Origin: an uncultured Actinomycetes bacterium
GTDB lineage: Bacteria; Actinomycetota; Thermoleophilia; Solirubrobacterales; Solirubrobacteraceae
Length of the DNA stretch: 64,000 nucleotides
Assembly (NCBI GenBank): GCA_963719305.1
Contig: CAVRBL010000011.1
Location: forward strand, 388,459-452,458
Reading direction: 5' to 3'
Positions 42,465 through 52,562 of the stretch are shown here, piece after piece (within the stretch, counting starts at the first letter, position 1; every line of letters begins with the position of its first letter). Position numbers and translations under genes: made by a program. The notes under the pieces are model-generated. The model worked only from the letters and a program-made list of their open reading frames with translations. It was not told the origin of the DNA and ran no database searches.

Positions 42465-43645
42465 ATGTGCGTGATCGTCGGCGCTGGGGTCGGTGGACTC
42501 AGCGCTGCAATTGCGCTGGCACGCAAGCGTGTGAGTGTCAAGGTGCTTGAGCGCGTGCCGGTCCTGACGACGGTGGGGGCGTCGCTTGCGCTTGATCCAA
42601 ATGCGATGCGGGTGCTTAGAGAGCTTGGTTTGATGGATCCGTTGCGGCGCGTTGGTGTCAGGGTCGATGCTGTCGAGCATCTGCGTTGGGACACTGGCGC
42701 CATCCTGTTTCGCACGCCTCTTGGCCTCGGAGCGGAGGAGCATTTTGGGGCACCGGCACTTGACTTCCTGCGCTCCGATCTTCAGCGGGCGCTTGTCGAG
42801 GCACTTCCCTCAGGCGCACTCATGCTTGGGGCCGAGGTGGCAAGGGTCGAGCAGGATGCCGGGGGCGTCGATGTGACGCTCGCAAGTGGGCGCGGTATGC
42901 GGGCGGACGTGGTGGTCGCTGCGGATGGCGTCAACTCGCGGATCCGGCAGCAACTGATCGGGGACCATGACACGCCGGTCTTCTCTGGCACGGTTGTTTA
43001 TCGCGGGCTCGCACCCCGAAAAGGCGCGGCCGGGATAGATCCGGACGCGGTGCATCGCTATTGGGTGGGGCCTTCATCGGCATTGCGTGGTGTACTGGAT
43101 TTCAGCCGGAGAATTGATGGCCGTCAACGTCGCGATCAAGCATCCGCATGAGTCCCATCTGTCGGCGGCGAACGAGGCGGACCCACAAGAGGTGCTGGGG
43201 TACCTTGACGGCTGGGACGCTCAACTTCTGAAGCGTTTCAGGTGTTGCGCTGTGATACGTCGCAACAGTGTCTTTGTACGCACGACCTCTGGACAAGTGG
43301 TCGTTCGGCCGGATTCTCCTGCTGGGTGACGCGGCGCACGCTATGGAACCGTTCGAAGCGCAGGGTGCTGCGCAAGCAGTTGAGGATGCATATGCCTTGG
43401 CCGAGTGCCTCGGCGGTGTGGGCCGAGATGACGTCGAGACCGCACTAGAGCGCTACCAGCAGGTCCGGATCGCCAGGGCGAACGAGGTGCAGCGGTCCTC
43501 GAGCGATGCGGCAGAAATGTTCTATCTGCCCGATGGTCCGGCGCAGCGCGTGCGAGACGCGGATTTCGCGACGCTACAGCGGCGACAACCGTGGGGCCGT
43601 CGCCAGCGGATCTGGGAGTATGACGTCCGGTCAGCGGTGAGCTGA
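42465..43645 (+). CDS. FAD-dependent monooxygenase, paralog of 30324-31526 (frameshifted; start uncertain)
   Basis: IVGAGVGG, ADGVNS, FSGTVVYRG, GDAAHAMEPFEAQG, RQRIWEYDVR. Confidence 0.85.
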
Positions 43646-43699
43646 CACGTTGAGCAAGGCAAACGCGGCGACGTGCGGACCGCTCGTCGAGGGGGACAC

Positions 43700-43776
43700 G
43701 TGGCGCTGCCCGATGGCTGGCCGAGCGAGTTCGCGGGTGCCGTGGCCGGATTGCCGGAGCGGACTTCGCGTTAGGA
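43700..43776 (+). repeat. Direct repeat copy B (intergenic duplicate of the hydrolase 3' end)
   Basis: Matches 36040-36122 with a few substitutions and a 6 bp deletion. Confidence 0.9.
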
Positions 43777-43811
43777 CCGCGTGAAGGCGCGATCATGGGC
43801 TTAGCTCGCGC

Positions 43812-43855
43812 TTGCATCGGTGGGGAGCCCGCTTTTATAATGTATCAAATGTCAA
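43812..43855 (+). promoter_or_regulatory. Sigma70-type promoter with regulon motif copy 7 overlapping the -10 and the predicted start site
   Basis: TTGCAT-N18-TATAAT (43812-43841) overlapping TGTATCAAATGTCAA (43841-43855). Confidence 0.7.
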
Positions 43856-43928
43856 CTTTACGTCGGGGTGACGCTGCGGCGTGGCTCCGAGCCCGTCCGC
43901 GCTGCGGTCGCAGGCCTGGAGGGAGAGC

Positions 43929-45017
43929 ATGAGCGTCAGCCGTTGGTCGTATATGTCCCTCACTGCGTGCGCGCTCGCGGTAGCGCTCACGGCGTGCGGG
44001 AGCAGCAGCAAGAGCAGCAGCTCTGGTAGCACGTCCTCGAACTCATCGGCATCTAGCGCGGTTCCGTTCTCGAGCATCGAGCAGACGGTTCCGCAGGGCT
44101 ATCCGCAGCCCAAGCCGAAGAAGCTCGTTGTCGCCTACATGAACCCGGAAGGATCCAGCAACGAGTTTCTGACGATCCTCGGAAAGTCGATGCGCCTCGA
44201 GGTCCAGAAGCTGGGCGGCACGTACATCGAGAAAGATGCTGAAGGTGACGTCAACGCCCAGGTCAGCGAGCTCGATCAGCTCATCGCCCAGCACGTGAAC
44301 GGCATCGTGGTGTTTCCGCTCGATCCTAAGTCGGTCGGGCCCGATGTTGCCCGCGCCCGCAAGGCGGGCATTCACCTAATCACGATCGACTACAACTTCG
44401 CGAGTACCACGCCTGGCGGTGGCTACGAGAGCCAGGTCTGGCAGCGTCGCGACGAGTCCGCCTACAAGACCGCAAGCGAGATGGCGAAGCTGGCTGGCCG
44501 AGGGGCGAAGCTCGCCACGATCGACCTTGTGATCAAAGTGCCGTCGATCGTATTCACCGTCACCCGCGATACGTATTGGGCCCAGAAGTTCGGCTTGAAC
44601 GTGGCCGGCAACGCCTCCAACCCGTCGGATGACATTGCCGGCGGCGAGAAAGCGATGACCCAACTGCTCGGTAAGTTCCCAGGGCTGAAGGGCGTGATGG
44701 GCTATAACGATCCCTCGGTGATCGGGGCCTACTCCGCGGCTCGCAGCCAGGGAATCACGAACCTCTTCCTGGCGGGCGAAAACGGCGGCAGCGATGCTCT
44801 CGGAGCCATCAAGGCCGGTCGCGAGACGTTCTCGATCAAGCTCGACGCTCCGAGCATGGGCAAGGACTTCGCCTGGGGGTTGTACGACCTTTCGGAAGGG
44901 ACCAAGGTTCCGCCCACCGTCAAGGCCGGCCCGCCGGTGCTCGTTGACAAGAGCAACGTCGGCTCGACCCTAACCTGGGAGCAGCAGCTGAAGCAGGAGT
45001 ATCCGGGCAGCAGCTGA
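43929..45017 (+). CDS. Sugar (RbsB-type) ABC substrate-binding lipoprotein
   Basis: RBS GGAGG, lipobox LTAC, Ser-rich linker, QVSELDQLI..VNGIVVFP, GYND. Confidence 0.88.
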   Translation: MSVSRWSYMSLTACALAVALTACGSSSKSSSSGSTSSNSSASSAVPFSSIEQTVPQGYPQPKPKKLVVAYMNPEGSSNEFLTILGKSMRLEVQKLGGTYIEKDAEGDVNAQVSELDQLIAQHVNGIVVFPLDPKSVGPDVARARKAGIHLITIDYNFASTTPGGGYESQVWQRRDESAYKTASEMAKLAGRGAKLATIDLVIKVPSIVFTVTRDTYWAQKFGLNVAGNASNPSDDIAGGEKAMTQLLGKFPGLKGVMGYNDPSVIGAYSAARSQGITNLFLAGENGGSDALGAIKAGRETFSIKLDAPSMGKDFAWGLYDLSEGTKVPPTVKAGPPVLVDKSNVGSTLTWEQQLKQEYPGSS

Positions 45018-45097
45018 GCGCCACCACCCGAAGATGGTCGAGTCACCCCTGTTCGTCACTGGGACCACCGGCTGGGACAACCAGATGTGGATCGAGA

Positions 45098-46510
45098 GTG
45101 CCGTCGACAGCGTTCAGGCCGCGCTGGCCCGCTGACCTCGCGGAACCGTCGGCGACGCGCTGGCTGTCGATGCTGGCCGCCGGCGAGCTGTCGGCGCGCG
45201 AACTCGCGGAGCACTACCTGAAGCGGATCGACGACGTCGACGGGCGCCTGCACGCCGTCGTCGCGTGTAACCGCGACCGCGTGCTCGCGGCCGCCGACGA
45301 GGCGGACCGCCTGCGGCACGGAGGAGATACCCGGCCGCTGCTCGGCCTTCCGGTCACGATCAAGGATTCGATCGAAGTTGAGGGGCTGCCATGCACCGGC
45401 GGCTCACTGGCACGAGCCGACTACCTGGTCCCTGCCGACGCAACCGCGGTCGCACGACTGCGCGCAGCCGGGGCCATCGTGCTAGCGAAGACGAACGTCC
45501 CTGAGTACAGCTCAGCCTATGAGACCGACAACCTGGTGTGCGGTCGCACCGATCACCCACTCGATTCGGGACGTACGCCCGGCGGCTCAAGCGGTGGCGA
45601 AGCGGCGCTTGCGGCCGCCGATGCGACCCCGCTGGGGATCGGCACCGATGGCGGGGGCTCGCTGAGGGTTCCTGCCCATTACTGCGGGGTGATGGGGCTG
45701 CGGCCGACCGTCGGCCGGGTACCGGACACCGGCACCTGGCCGAGCACCCGCGCCAGCGGCTACATGGACCTGTTCTGCGTGGGGCCGATCGCACGCTTCA
45801 GCGAGGACATCGCGCTCGTGCTGCCGATGATCAGCGGCCCCGATGGCATTGACCCATACGCGGTGCCCGCGCCGCTGCACGACCCGCGTGAGGTGACGCT
45901 CGCCGGGCTGAAGGTCGGGATCTTCGCCGACGACCCGCGCCTCAGCGTCAGCTCCGGTACGCTGGCGGCGCTGGGACGGGCCTCGGATGCGCTGGCCGAC
46001 GCCGGCGCCGAGGTGCGCGAGTTGTCCGCCCCATGGGAGGAGGATCCGACCGCGCTGTTCCTTGCATGCGTGGCGGCAGACGGCGGTGCCCAGCCGCGTG
46101 CCGATCTCCGCGAGGCCGCTGGTCGCCTCCACCCGCTGATGGCCGGCCTGCTCGAGGCGGTCGCCGACCGTGCCCTCGATGCCGCGGAATGGTTTGCGGT
46201 GCAGGCGCGAGTGTTCAGGCTCCGAGCCGCGGTGCGAGCGCTGACCCGCGAAGTGGACCTGCTCTTGTGCCCCGTCGTGGCCGGTCCCGCCCCGCGCCAC
46301 GGCGAGCCGCCCGGCGGTCTCCCGGTCGAAAGCTACGGCGAATTCCGTGCCTTCGATTACGTGCACCTCCTCGCGCTCGGGGGCCTGCCCGCGGCCAGCG
46401 TCCCGGTGGGCCGTGAGGACGGACTGCCGATCGGGGTCCAGGTCGCGGCAGCGCCGTTTCGCGAGGACATCGTGCTAGCAGCCGCTGCCGTCTTGGAGGC
46501 GGCGCAATGA
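45098..46510 (+). CDS. Amidase signature family enzyme
   Basis: GLPVTIKD, KTNVPE, TPGGSSGG, GTDGGGSLRVPA. Confidence 0.9.
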   Translation: MPSTAFRPRWPADLAEPSATRWLSMLAAGELSARELAEHYLKRIDDVDGRLHAVVACNRDRVLAAADEADRLRHGGDTRPLLGLPVTIKDSIEVEGLPCTGGSLARADYLVPADATAVARLRAAGAIVLAKTNVPEYSSAYETDNLVCGRTDHPLDSGRTPGGSSGGEAALAAADATPLGIGTDGGGSLRVPAHYCGVMGLRPTVGRVPDTGTWPSTRASGYMDLFCVGPIARFSEDIALVLPMISGPDGIDPYAVPAPLHDPREVTLAGLKVGIFADDPRLSVSSGTLAALGRASDALADAGAEVRELSAPWEEDPTALFLACVAADGGAQPRADLREAAGRLHPLMAGLLEAVADRALDAAEWFAVQARVFRLRAAVRALTREVDLLLCPVVAGPAPRHGEPPGGLPVESYGEFRAFDYVHLLALGGLPAASVPVGREDGLPIGVQVAAAPFREDIVLAAAAVLEAAQ

Positions 46511-48000
46511 GCGAGGTGCTGCTCCGCGCCGCCGGCGCGCACAAGCGCTACGGCGGAGTTCACGCGCTACGCGGCGTGGACTTCGACCTGCGCACGGGCG
46601 AGATCCACGGGCTCGTGGGTGAGAACGGATCGGGTAAGTCGACCCTACTGCGGATCCTCTCGGGCCAGCTCGCGCCGGACAGCGGCCGGGTTATGTTGCA
46701 CGGCCAGCCGGTGCGCTTCGGCGATGCCGCCCAGGCGATGCAGGCGGGGATCGCCACCGTCACCCAGGAGACCACGCTCGTCACGCACCTGTCCGTGGCA
46801 GAGAACATCTTCCTGGGGCCACGTAAGGAGCGGCGCTGGTTCGGGATCGACTGGCGGCGTACACGCGCCCGCGCCCGCTCGATCCTCGACCGGCTCGGTC
46901 TCGACCTGGACCCAGACGATGAGGTCGGACGGCTCCGCCCAGACCAGCAGCAGATGGTGGAGATCGCCCGGGCGCTGTCGATGGACGCCCGCGTCGTAAT
47001 TCTCGATGAGCCGACCAGCTCGCTGTCGGACGACGAGGTCAGGGCGCTGTTCGACGCGGTGCGGGCGCTGCGTGGCCACGGGGTGGCGGTTGCGTTCGTT
47101 TCCCACCGGATCGGCGAGGTATTCGATCTTGTCGACCGGGTGACTGTCCTCCGCGACGGCCGTGTCGTCGGCGGCGGGCGGATCGAGGACTACGATGGCG
47201 ATGGACTAGTGGCGCTGATGGTCGGCCGGGCGCTCGAGCAACTCGACCTCGGCGGGGGCGGGCACGTGAGCGCCAACCCGGTGCTCCGGGTTCGCGGCTT
47301 CACGGTTCCCGGTCGCGTCGGCGGCGTCGACATCGACGTCGAGCAGGGCGAGATCGTCGGTCTGGCCGGATTGATCGGCGCTGGGCGCAGCGCGGTGCTC
47401 GCCGGGCTGTTCGGCGTAGAGCCGCGAGTCGGAGGGACAATCGAGATCAACGGGCGGCGCGTGGTCTGCCGCGATCCGATCGCCGCGATGCGCCACGGAC
47501 TCGGCTACGTGCCGGCTGAGCGTAAGACGCTCGGACTCGTCCAGGACATGTCGGTCCGCGAGAACCTGCTGATGGCGCACACGGCGCGGGGGTGGCGACT
47601 GCGGCGTCCGAACGCACGGCGCGAGCAAGAGCTGGTCGACAACGCGGTCAAGGACTTCGGAATCGTTGTCGACTCGCCCGCGGCCCCGGTCGGCCGGCTC
47701 AGCGGTGGGAACCAGCAGAAGGTGGTACTGGCGAAGTGGCTGGCGATCAAGCCCAAGGTGCTGCTCCTGGATGAGCCCACCCGCGGGGTCGACGTCGGGA
47801 CCAAGGCCGGGATCTACAAGCTGCTCACCGAGATCAAGGAGGCAGGCGTGGGAATGTTGATCAGTTCATCGGAGACGCCGGAGCTGATGCTCCTCTGCGA
47901 CCGCATCGTCGTGATGTACCGTGGCCGCATCGCCGCGTCGCTGCCGCGCGACGAGGCCACCGAGGCGCGCATAGCGCACTACGCGATCGGATCGACATGA
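46507..48000 (+). CDS. Sugar ABC transporter ATP-binding protein (RbsA-type, two domains)
   Basis: GENGSGKST, LDEPT, SH, LSGGNQQK, DEPTRGVDVG, ISSE. Confidence 0.92.
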   Translation: MSEVLLRAAGAHKRYGGVHALRGVDFDLRTGEIHGLVGENGSGKSTLLRILSGQLAPDSGRVMLHGQPVRFGDAAQAMQAGIATVTQETTLVTHLSVAENIFLGPRKERRWFGIDWRRTRARARSILDRLGLDLDPDDEVGRLRPDQQQMVEIARALSMDARVVILDEPTSSLSDDEVRALFDAVRALRGHGVAVAFVSHRIGEVFDLVDRVTVLRDGRVVGGGRIEDYDGDGLVALMVGRALEQLDLGGGGHVSANPVLRVRGFTVPGRVGGVDIDVEQGEIVGLAGLIGAGRSAVLAGLFGVEPRVGGTIEINGRRVVCRDPIAAMRHGLGYVPAERKTLGLVQDMSVRENLLMAHTARGWRLRRPNARREQELVDNAVKDFGIVVDSPAAPVGRLSGGNQQKVVLAKWLAIKPKVLLLDEPTRGVDVGTKAGIYKLLTEIKEAGVGMLISSSETPELMLLCDRIVVMYRGRIAASLPRDEATEARIAHYAIGST

Positions 48001-49067
48001 GAAGCGTTCCGAGCACCACTGAGATCGCGGGCAGGGCACGCCTGAGATTAGGTCGCGAGCTGGTCGGCAGCCACGCCGTACGTGCCGGCCGAGTCGCCTT
48101 CCGCCAGCGCTTTCTCGCCGTGCTGGCCCTGCTGATCGCCGTGTTCGTGTACTTCTCACTGTCGCAGTCACGGTTCTTCACATCCGCCGACATCGACGCG
48201 CTCCTGACGAGCGCTTCGGTGCTGTGGATGGTCTCGATCGGGCTCACGTTCGTGATGCTGACCGGCGGGTTCGACCTCTCGCTCGGCTCGCTACTGGCAC
48301 TGTGCGGGATCGCCCTCGGCAAGCTGATGGTAAGCAGCGGCCTGCCCTTCGGATACGCGATTCCAGTCACGCTTGCATTCGGGCTGGCGCTCGGGGGGTT
48401 GGTCAACGGGGTGCTGATCGGCCGACTCGGCCTCCCGTTCCTGGTCGTCACGCTCGGAACCCTGACGCTGTACGGTGGACTAGTCGACCTCTGGTCGAAG
48501 AGCTTCACCACCGAGCTGACCTCGCCGGCGCTGACCGCGCTCGCTTTCAACCACGCGCTTGGGATCCCGATCCCGGCGTGGATCATGCTCGGAGTTTTCT
48601 TGATCGCTCTCTATATGCAGCGAAGTACGTACTTCGGGCGCGACGTATACGCGGTGGGCGGCAGCGCGGAAGCGGCTCGACTGTCCGGGGTGCGCGTCGC
48701 GCGCACACTGATCGCGGTCTATGCGATCGCCGGCCTGCTGACGGCGCTGGCGGGGGTCCTGCAGGATGCCCGGATCGGAGCCGCGAGCCCGCAGGTCGGC
48801 GGCACCATCATCTTTCAGGCCGCTGCGGCCGTGCTTCTCGGCGGGACCAGCTTTGCGGGCGGGATCGGCGGGGTCGGAGGAACGGCGATCGGCGTCCTGT
48901 TCCTGGCCACGCTCCAGCAGGGCCTGTCCGTCTCAGGCGTCCAGGACTACTGGCAACAGATCATCACTGGAGTCATCCTCGTCGTCGTCGTATTGCTCGA
49001 CCGGATCCAGCGCGGCGGCCTTGCGAGCATCGGGATCCGCCGCGGCTGGCAACGGCTCAGCCCCTGA
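47997..49067 (+). CDS. Sugar ABC transporter permease (RbsC-type)
   Basis: GLTFVMLTGGFDLSLG, FGRDVYAVGGS..AARLSGV, AVLLGGTS. Confidence 0.92.
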   Translation: MRSVPSTTEIAGRARLRLGRELVGSHAVRAGRVAFRQRFLAVLALLIAVFVYFSLSQSRFFTSADIDALLTSASVLWMVSIGLTFVMLTGGFDLSLGSLLALCGIALGKLMVSSGLPFGYAIPVTLAFGLALGGLVNGVLIGRLGLPFLVVTLGTLTLYGGLVDLWSKSFTTELTSPALTALAFNHALGIPIPAWIMLGVFLIALYMQRSTYFGRDVYAVGGSAEAARLSGVRVARTLIAVYAIAGLLTALAGVLQDARIGAASPQVGGTIIFQAAAAVLLGGTSFAGGIGGVGGTAIGVLFLATLQQGLSVSGVQDYWQQIITGVILVVVVLLDRIQRGGLASIGIRRGWQRLSP

Positions 49068-49095
49068 ACCGGCCGACTCACCCGAGCGCGCCGCC

Positions 49096-49866
49096 TCAGG
49101 CGACGGCGCCTAGAAACTCCGCGACGCAGCGGTCCGACGGCTTTGCGAACGCGCCCTTGCGGCTCGCCGATGGCGATCCCAACTGCGCCAGCTGTACCGC
49201 TGCCTCCCCATGCTTCGCGAGCACGGCAACCGGGTTCAGAACGGCAGCCCCGTCCACTTCGAGCCCCGGTCGACGCGACAGGACCAGAGCGGGCAGTCCA
49301 CCGGCGGGGATCAGAACCTCGGCGCCGCACTCCAGCAGCGGCTGTGCGGCACGCTGGAACTGTTCGACCACGTGCGCGAAGGTTTGCTCATCAGCGCACG
49401 CGTTTACGTAATCGGCGACGCCTAGCTTCGCCATCGCGGTGACGCCGACCACCCGCTCGGTGAGGCCGTAGAGGGCGATTTGCTGGCGGTGCCAGGGGAC
49501 GAAGATCGGATCGATTGTGACCAGCCCGATGCGCTGGCCAAGCGTGCAGCCGTGCAACATGCTGGTCTCACCGAGGCCGAGGACCGGGATCCCAACCGCT
49601 GCGCGCGCTTCGTGCAGGCCGCTGTCCTGAAAGTGCCCAAGCAGAAAAGCGTCGTAGCCCTGCTGCTCGGCGTCGATCGCGTTGGCGATCGCGCGCATTG
49701 CGCAGCGGGCCTCCGTCAGGCGGTGAAGCTCGCGATCCGGCGGCTTGATGCCGACGATCTCGTACTGCACCTCGGGTCCCGCGCACATGCGCAGCTCTGC
49801 GTCGAGTAGCTCGAAGTAGTCCTGGTGCTGCTCGGGGTCGATGAAGCTCTGCCAGCGGATCCGCAC
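49096..49866 (-). CDS. Asp/Glu/hydantoin racemase family protein (catalytic Cys absent)
   Basis: AEQQGYDAF..GHFQDSGLHEARAAVGIPVLGLGE; GAEVLIPAGG. Confidence 0.78.
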   Translation of the reverse strand: MRIRWQSFIDPEQHQDYFELLDAELRMCAGPEVQYEIVGIKPPDRELHRLTEARCAMRAIANAIDAEQQGYDAFLLGHFQDSGLHEARAAVGIPVLGLGETSMLHGCTLGQRIGLVTIDPIFVPWHRQQIALYGLTERVVGVTAMAKLGVADYVNACADEQTFAHVVEQFQRAAQPLLECGAEVLIPAGGLPALVLSRRPGLEVDGAAVLNPVAVLAKHGEAAVQLAQLGSPSASRKGAFAKPSDRCVAEFLGAVA

Positions 49867-49885
49867 TGTCTCCTCCTCTTGTCGC

Positions 49886-50173
49886 TTACGGTGCGCGGTG
49901 CGCCCCGATTCGTCCTTCGTGATCGGTCTCCAGGGCTACGCACACGCCGGGATCGATGCCGTTCTGAAGCGCTGCGATCACGATCGGGCCGGCGTCGAGC
50001 CTTATCGAGCCAAGCCGCTGCACGGCTCCCCCGGGCGCGGTCACCTCCTCCACGGTTCCGGGCCCCGCGGGGATGCGGCCAAAGGCGCGGCCACCGCACC
50101 GCGGACAGCGTAAGCGCTCCGGGAACCAGCACGTGCCGCAGTCCTTGCACTGCTGGATCTCGAGGTCGCTCAC
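49886..50173 (-). CDS. Zn-ribbon OB-fold (DUF35) protein
   Basis: QQCKDCG..FPER..CPRCG, GTV; translationally coupled to the thiolase. Confidence 0.85.
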   Translation of the reverse strand: MSDLEIQQCKDCGTCWFPERLRCPRCGGRAFGRIPAGPGTVEEVTAPGGAVQRLGSIRLDAGPIVIAALQNGIDPGVCVALETDHEGRIGAHRAP

Positions 50174-51300
50174 TGGCCTTCCAGGATTGCGGCTCCGGCG
50201 CAAGCGCCATAGCGGTAGCAGACCATCCCGTAGCCGGTGACGAGCGCGAGCCGCGCGTCTGGCACCTGCCGGGCGCCAGCCTCGCCGCGCAACTGGAGCA
50301 CAGCCTCGACGATCCCGTGCAGCCCGCCGGCTGCGCCCGCCTGGCCCGCTGACAACTGGCCGCCCGAGGTGTTGACCGGCAACTTCCGGGAGGCGATCCG
50401 GCCGTGGATGAGACGTTTGATGTCGCCGTCGGGCGCGTAGCCCAGATCTGCGAGCTGGATCAGGACCATCACCGGGTAGTCGTCGTAGACCATCGCCGCG
50501 TCGATCTCACGCGGTGAGACCCCGGCCCGGCTCCAGAGCGCTCGTGCCACCCCAGCAAGTCCCGTCTGCAGCCCGTCGCCCTGCTGGTCGTCGTAGTTGA
50601 AGCTGAGCTCGAGTGCGCGGATACGGACCCCGCTGCCCGACTCGCGCACGATTAGCGCATCGGCACCGCTCACGACCGGGACGCAGTCATAGACGCAGAG
50701 CGGGTCGGCAACCATCCGGCCCTTCAGGTAGGCGTTCAGGTCCAGCGGCTCGCGGTAGGCGGCGCCGGGGTTCCCGGCGGCCCACTGCCGCTGCGCGATC
50801 GCGACTGCACCGTAGTCGGCCCGGTCCAATCCGTGCCTGCTCGCGTGGCGCTGGGACAGCATCGCGAATAGCGAATTCGGCCCACCGAACTCGAGCGGTG
50901 CCAGATGGTCCCGAGTGGCGGAGTTGTAGTTGTTGACCAGCGTCGTGAATTGGGCACGTGGGAGATGGTCGCCGGCCAGGATCAGGATCGCGCTGGCGTC
51001 ACCGCTCTCAATCGCACGCCGGGCATGCTGCAGCATGTTGATGCCACTGGCTCCGCCGGTGGTGTCCTCCATCAGCCACCGCAGGTGAAGCCCGAGCCGG
51101 AACGCAACATCGATCGCGTGGTCGGGCGCGAGCGTGAAGGAGGAGACGGCCAGGCCGTCGAGCTCGCTGGGCTTCAGGTTCGAGCTGTGGAGCGCGCGTT
51201 CGGCGGCGTCCGCGAGCAACGCGGGCGTCGTGGTGGCCGGCGGCGGGTGGCGCATGTATGGCGACTCGCCGTAACCGACGATGCGCGCGGCGGGGCTCAC
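50170..51300 (-). CDS. SCP-x/Ltp2-type thiolase-superfamily protein
   Basis: IVGYGE, GGASG, DCVPVVSGA, YDDYP, VNTSGGQLS, EAVLQLRGEAG.RQV. Confidence 0.85.
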   Translation of the reverse strand: MSPAARIVGYGESPYMRHPPPATTTPALLADAAERALHSSNLKPSELDGLAVSSFTLAPDHAIDVAFRLGLHLRWLMEDTTGGASGINMLQHARRAIESGDASAILILAGDHLPRAQFTTLVNNYNSATRDHLAPLEFGGPNSLFAMLSQRHASRHGLDRADYGAVAIAQRQWAAGNPGAAYREPLDLNAYLKGRMVADPLCVYDCVPVVSGADALIVRESGSGVRIRALELSFNYDDQQGDGLQTGLAGVARALWSRAGVSPREIDAAMVYDDYPVMVLIQLADLGYAPDGDIKRLIHGRIASRKLPVNTSGGQLSAGQAGAAGGLHGIVEAVLQLRGEAGARQVPDARLALVTGYGMVCYRYGACAGAAILEGQ

Positions 51301-52428
51301 TCCGGCCTGCCCGGCCGCGAGGGAGGTGCACTTCGATAACTCACCGGCGTCTCCGAGAGCTCGATCGGGTTCCGGATCAGGTGCACACGATCGCCGTCAC
51401 GGGGAATCCCGACCACCGGATCGAGTCCTAGCCGGCTGGCGAGTGCGACCGCCTCGGCGATGTCGTTGACGACGCCAGCTGGCACGCGTGCTCGCTCCAG
51501 CTGCTCGAGCCACTCATGGGCCGGACGCTGCGTCAGCTGCCGCTCGAGCAGCTTGCGCAAGGTTTCCCTGTGCTCGACCCGATGCGCATTGGTATCGAAG
51601 CGTTGATCTTGCGCCAGATCGGCCGCGTCGATCGCTTCACACAACGCTGCGAACTGGCGCTCGTTTCCGACCGCGAGCACGATCGGACGGTCCGCGGTGC
51701 GGTACAGCTCGTATGGGCAGATGCTCGGGTGGGCGTTGCCCATTCTGTTTGGGACTACCCCCGCGGCCGTGTACGCAGAGCCCTGGTTGACGAGTGACCC
51801 GAGCAGAGCCGCGAGCAGGGTCACCTCGACTCGTTGCCCTCGGCCGGTTCGCTCGCGGTGACGCAGCGCGGCGAGGATCCCGGTGCTCGCGAACAGACCG
51901 GCAAGCACGTCGACCAGCGCCACGCCCACCTTTTGGGGCTCGCCGTCGGCGGAGCCGGTGATGCTCATCAGTCCGCCCAGCGCCTGAACGAGCAGGTCGT
52001 ACCCCGGCAGCGCGGCGCCCTTGCCACGGCCGAACCCGGTGATCGAGCAGTAGATCAGGCCCGGGCTGTGAGCACTGACCTCGTCGTAACCGAGCCCGAG
52101 ATCGTCAAGTAGCCCAGGCCTGAAGTTCTCGACCAGCACGTCGGCTGTTGTCGCGAGCTCCTTCGTGCGGGCGAGGTCGATCGGGTCCTTCAGGTCAATC
52201 GCGATGCTGTGCTTGTTGCGGTTGAGCGCTTCGAAGTAGGTGGCCTCGCCGTTCGTGTCGTAGGGAGGCCCCCAGGAGCGGGTCTCGTCGCCCGTTCCAG
52301 GGCGCTCGACCTTGATGATCTCGGCGCCGAGGTCGGCGAGCATCATCGTCGCGAACGGACCGGCCAGCACCCGGGAGAAATCGAGCACGCTGAATGCCCT
52401 GCAGGGGACCGGGGTTGTCAGAGCCCAT
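51297..52428 (-). CDS. Family III CoA transferase (CaiB/BaiF); frameshift near the start
   Basis: GPLQGI-VLDFSRVLAGP, DLGAEIIKVE, NRNK, ENFRPG, GYDLL. Confidence 0.9.
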
Positions 52429-52562
52429 TGTTCCTCCGCTGGCCCTTTTTGTTGGAGCGCTCACCGCGTATCCTGCAAAGGCTAGATCTTCGAATTTCTC
52501 AGATCAAGGAGCTGTGGAGATGGAGTCGTGGGCGGCGCATTGACTGGGATTGGCGCGTTGAG

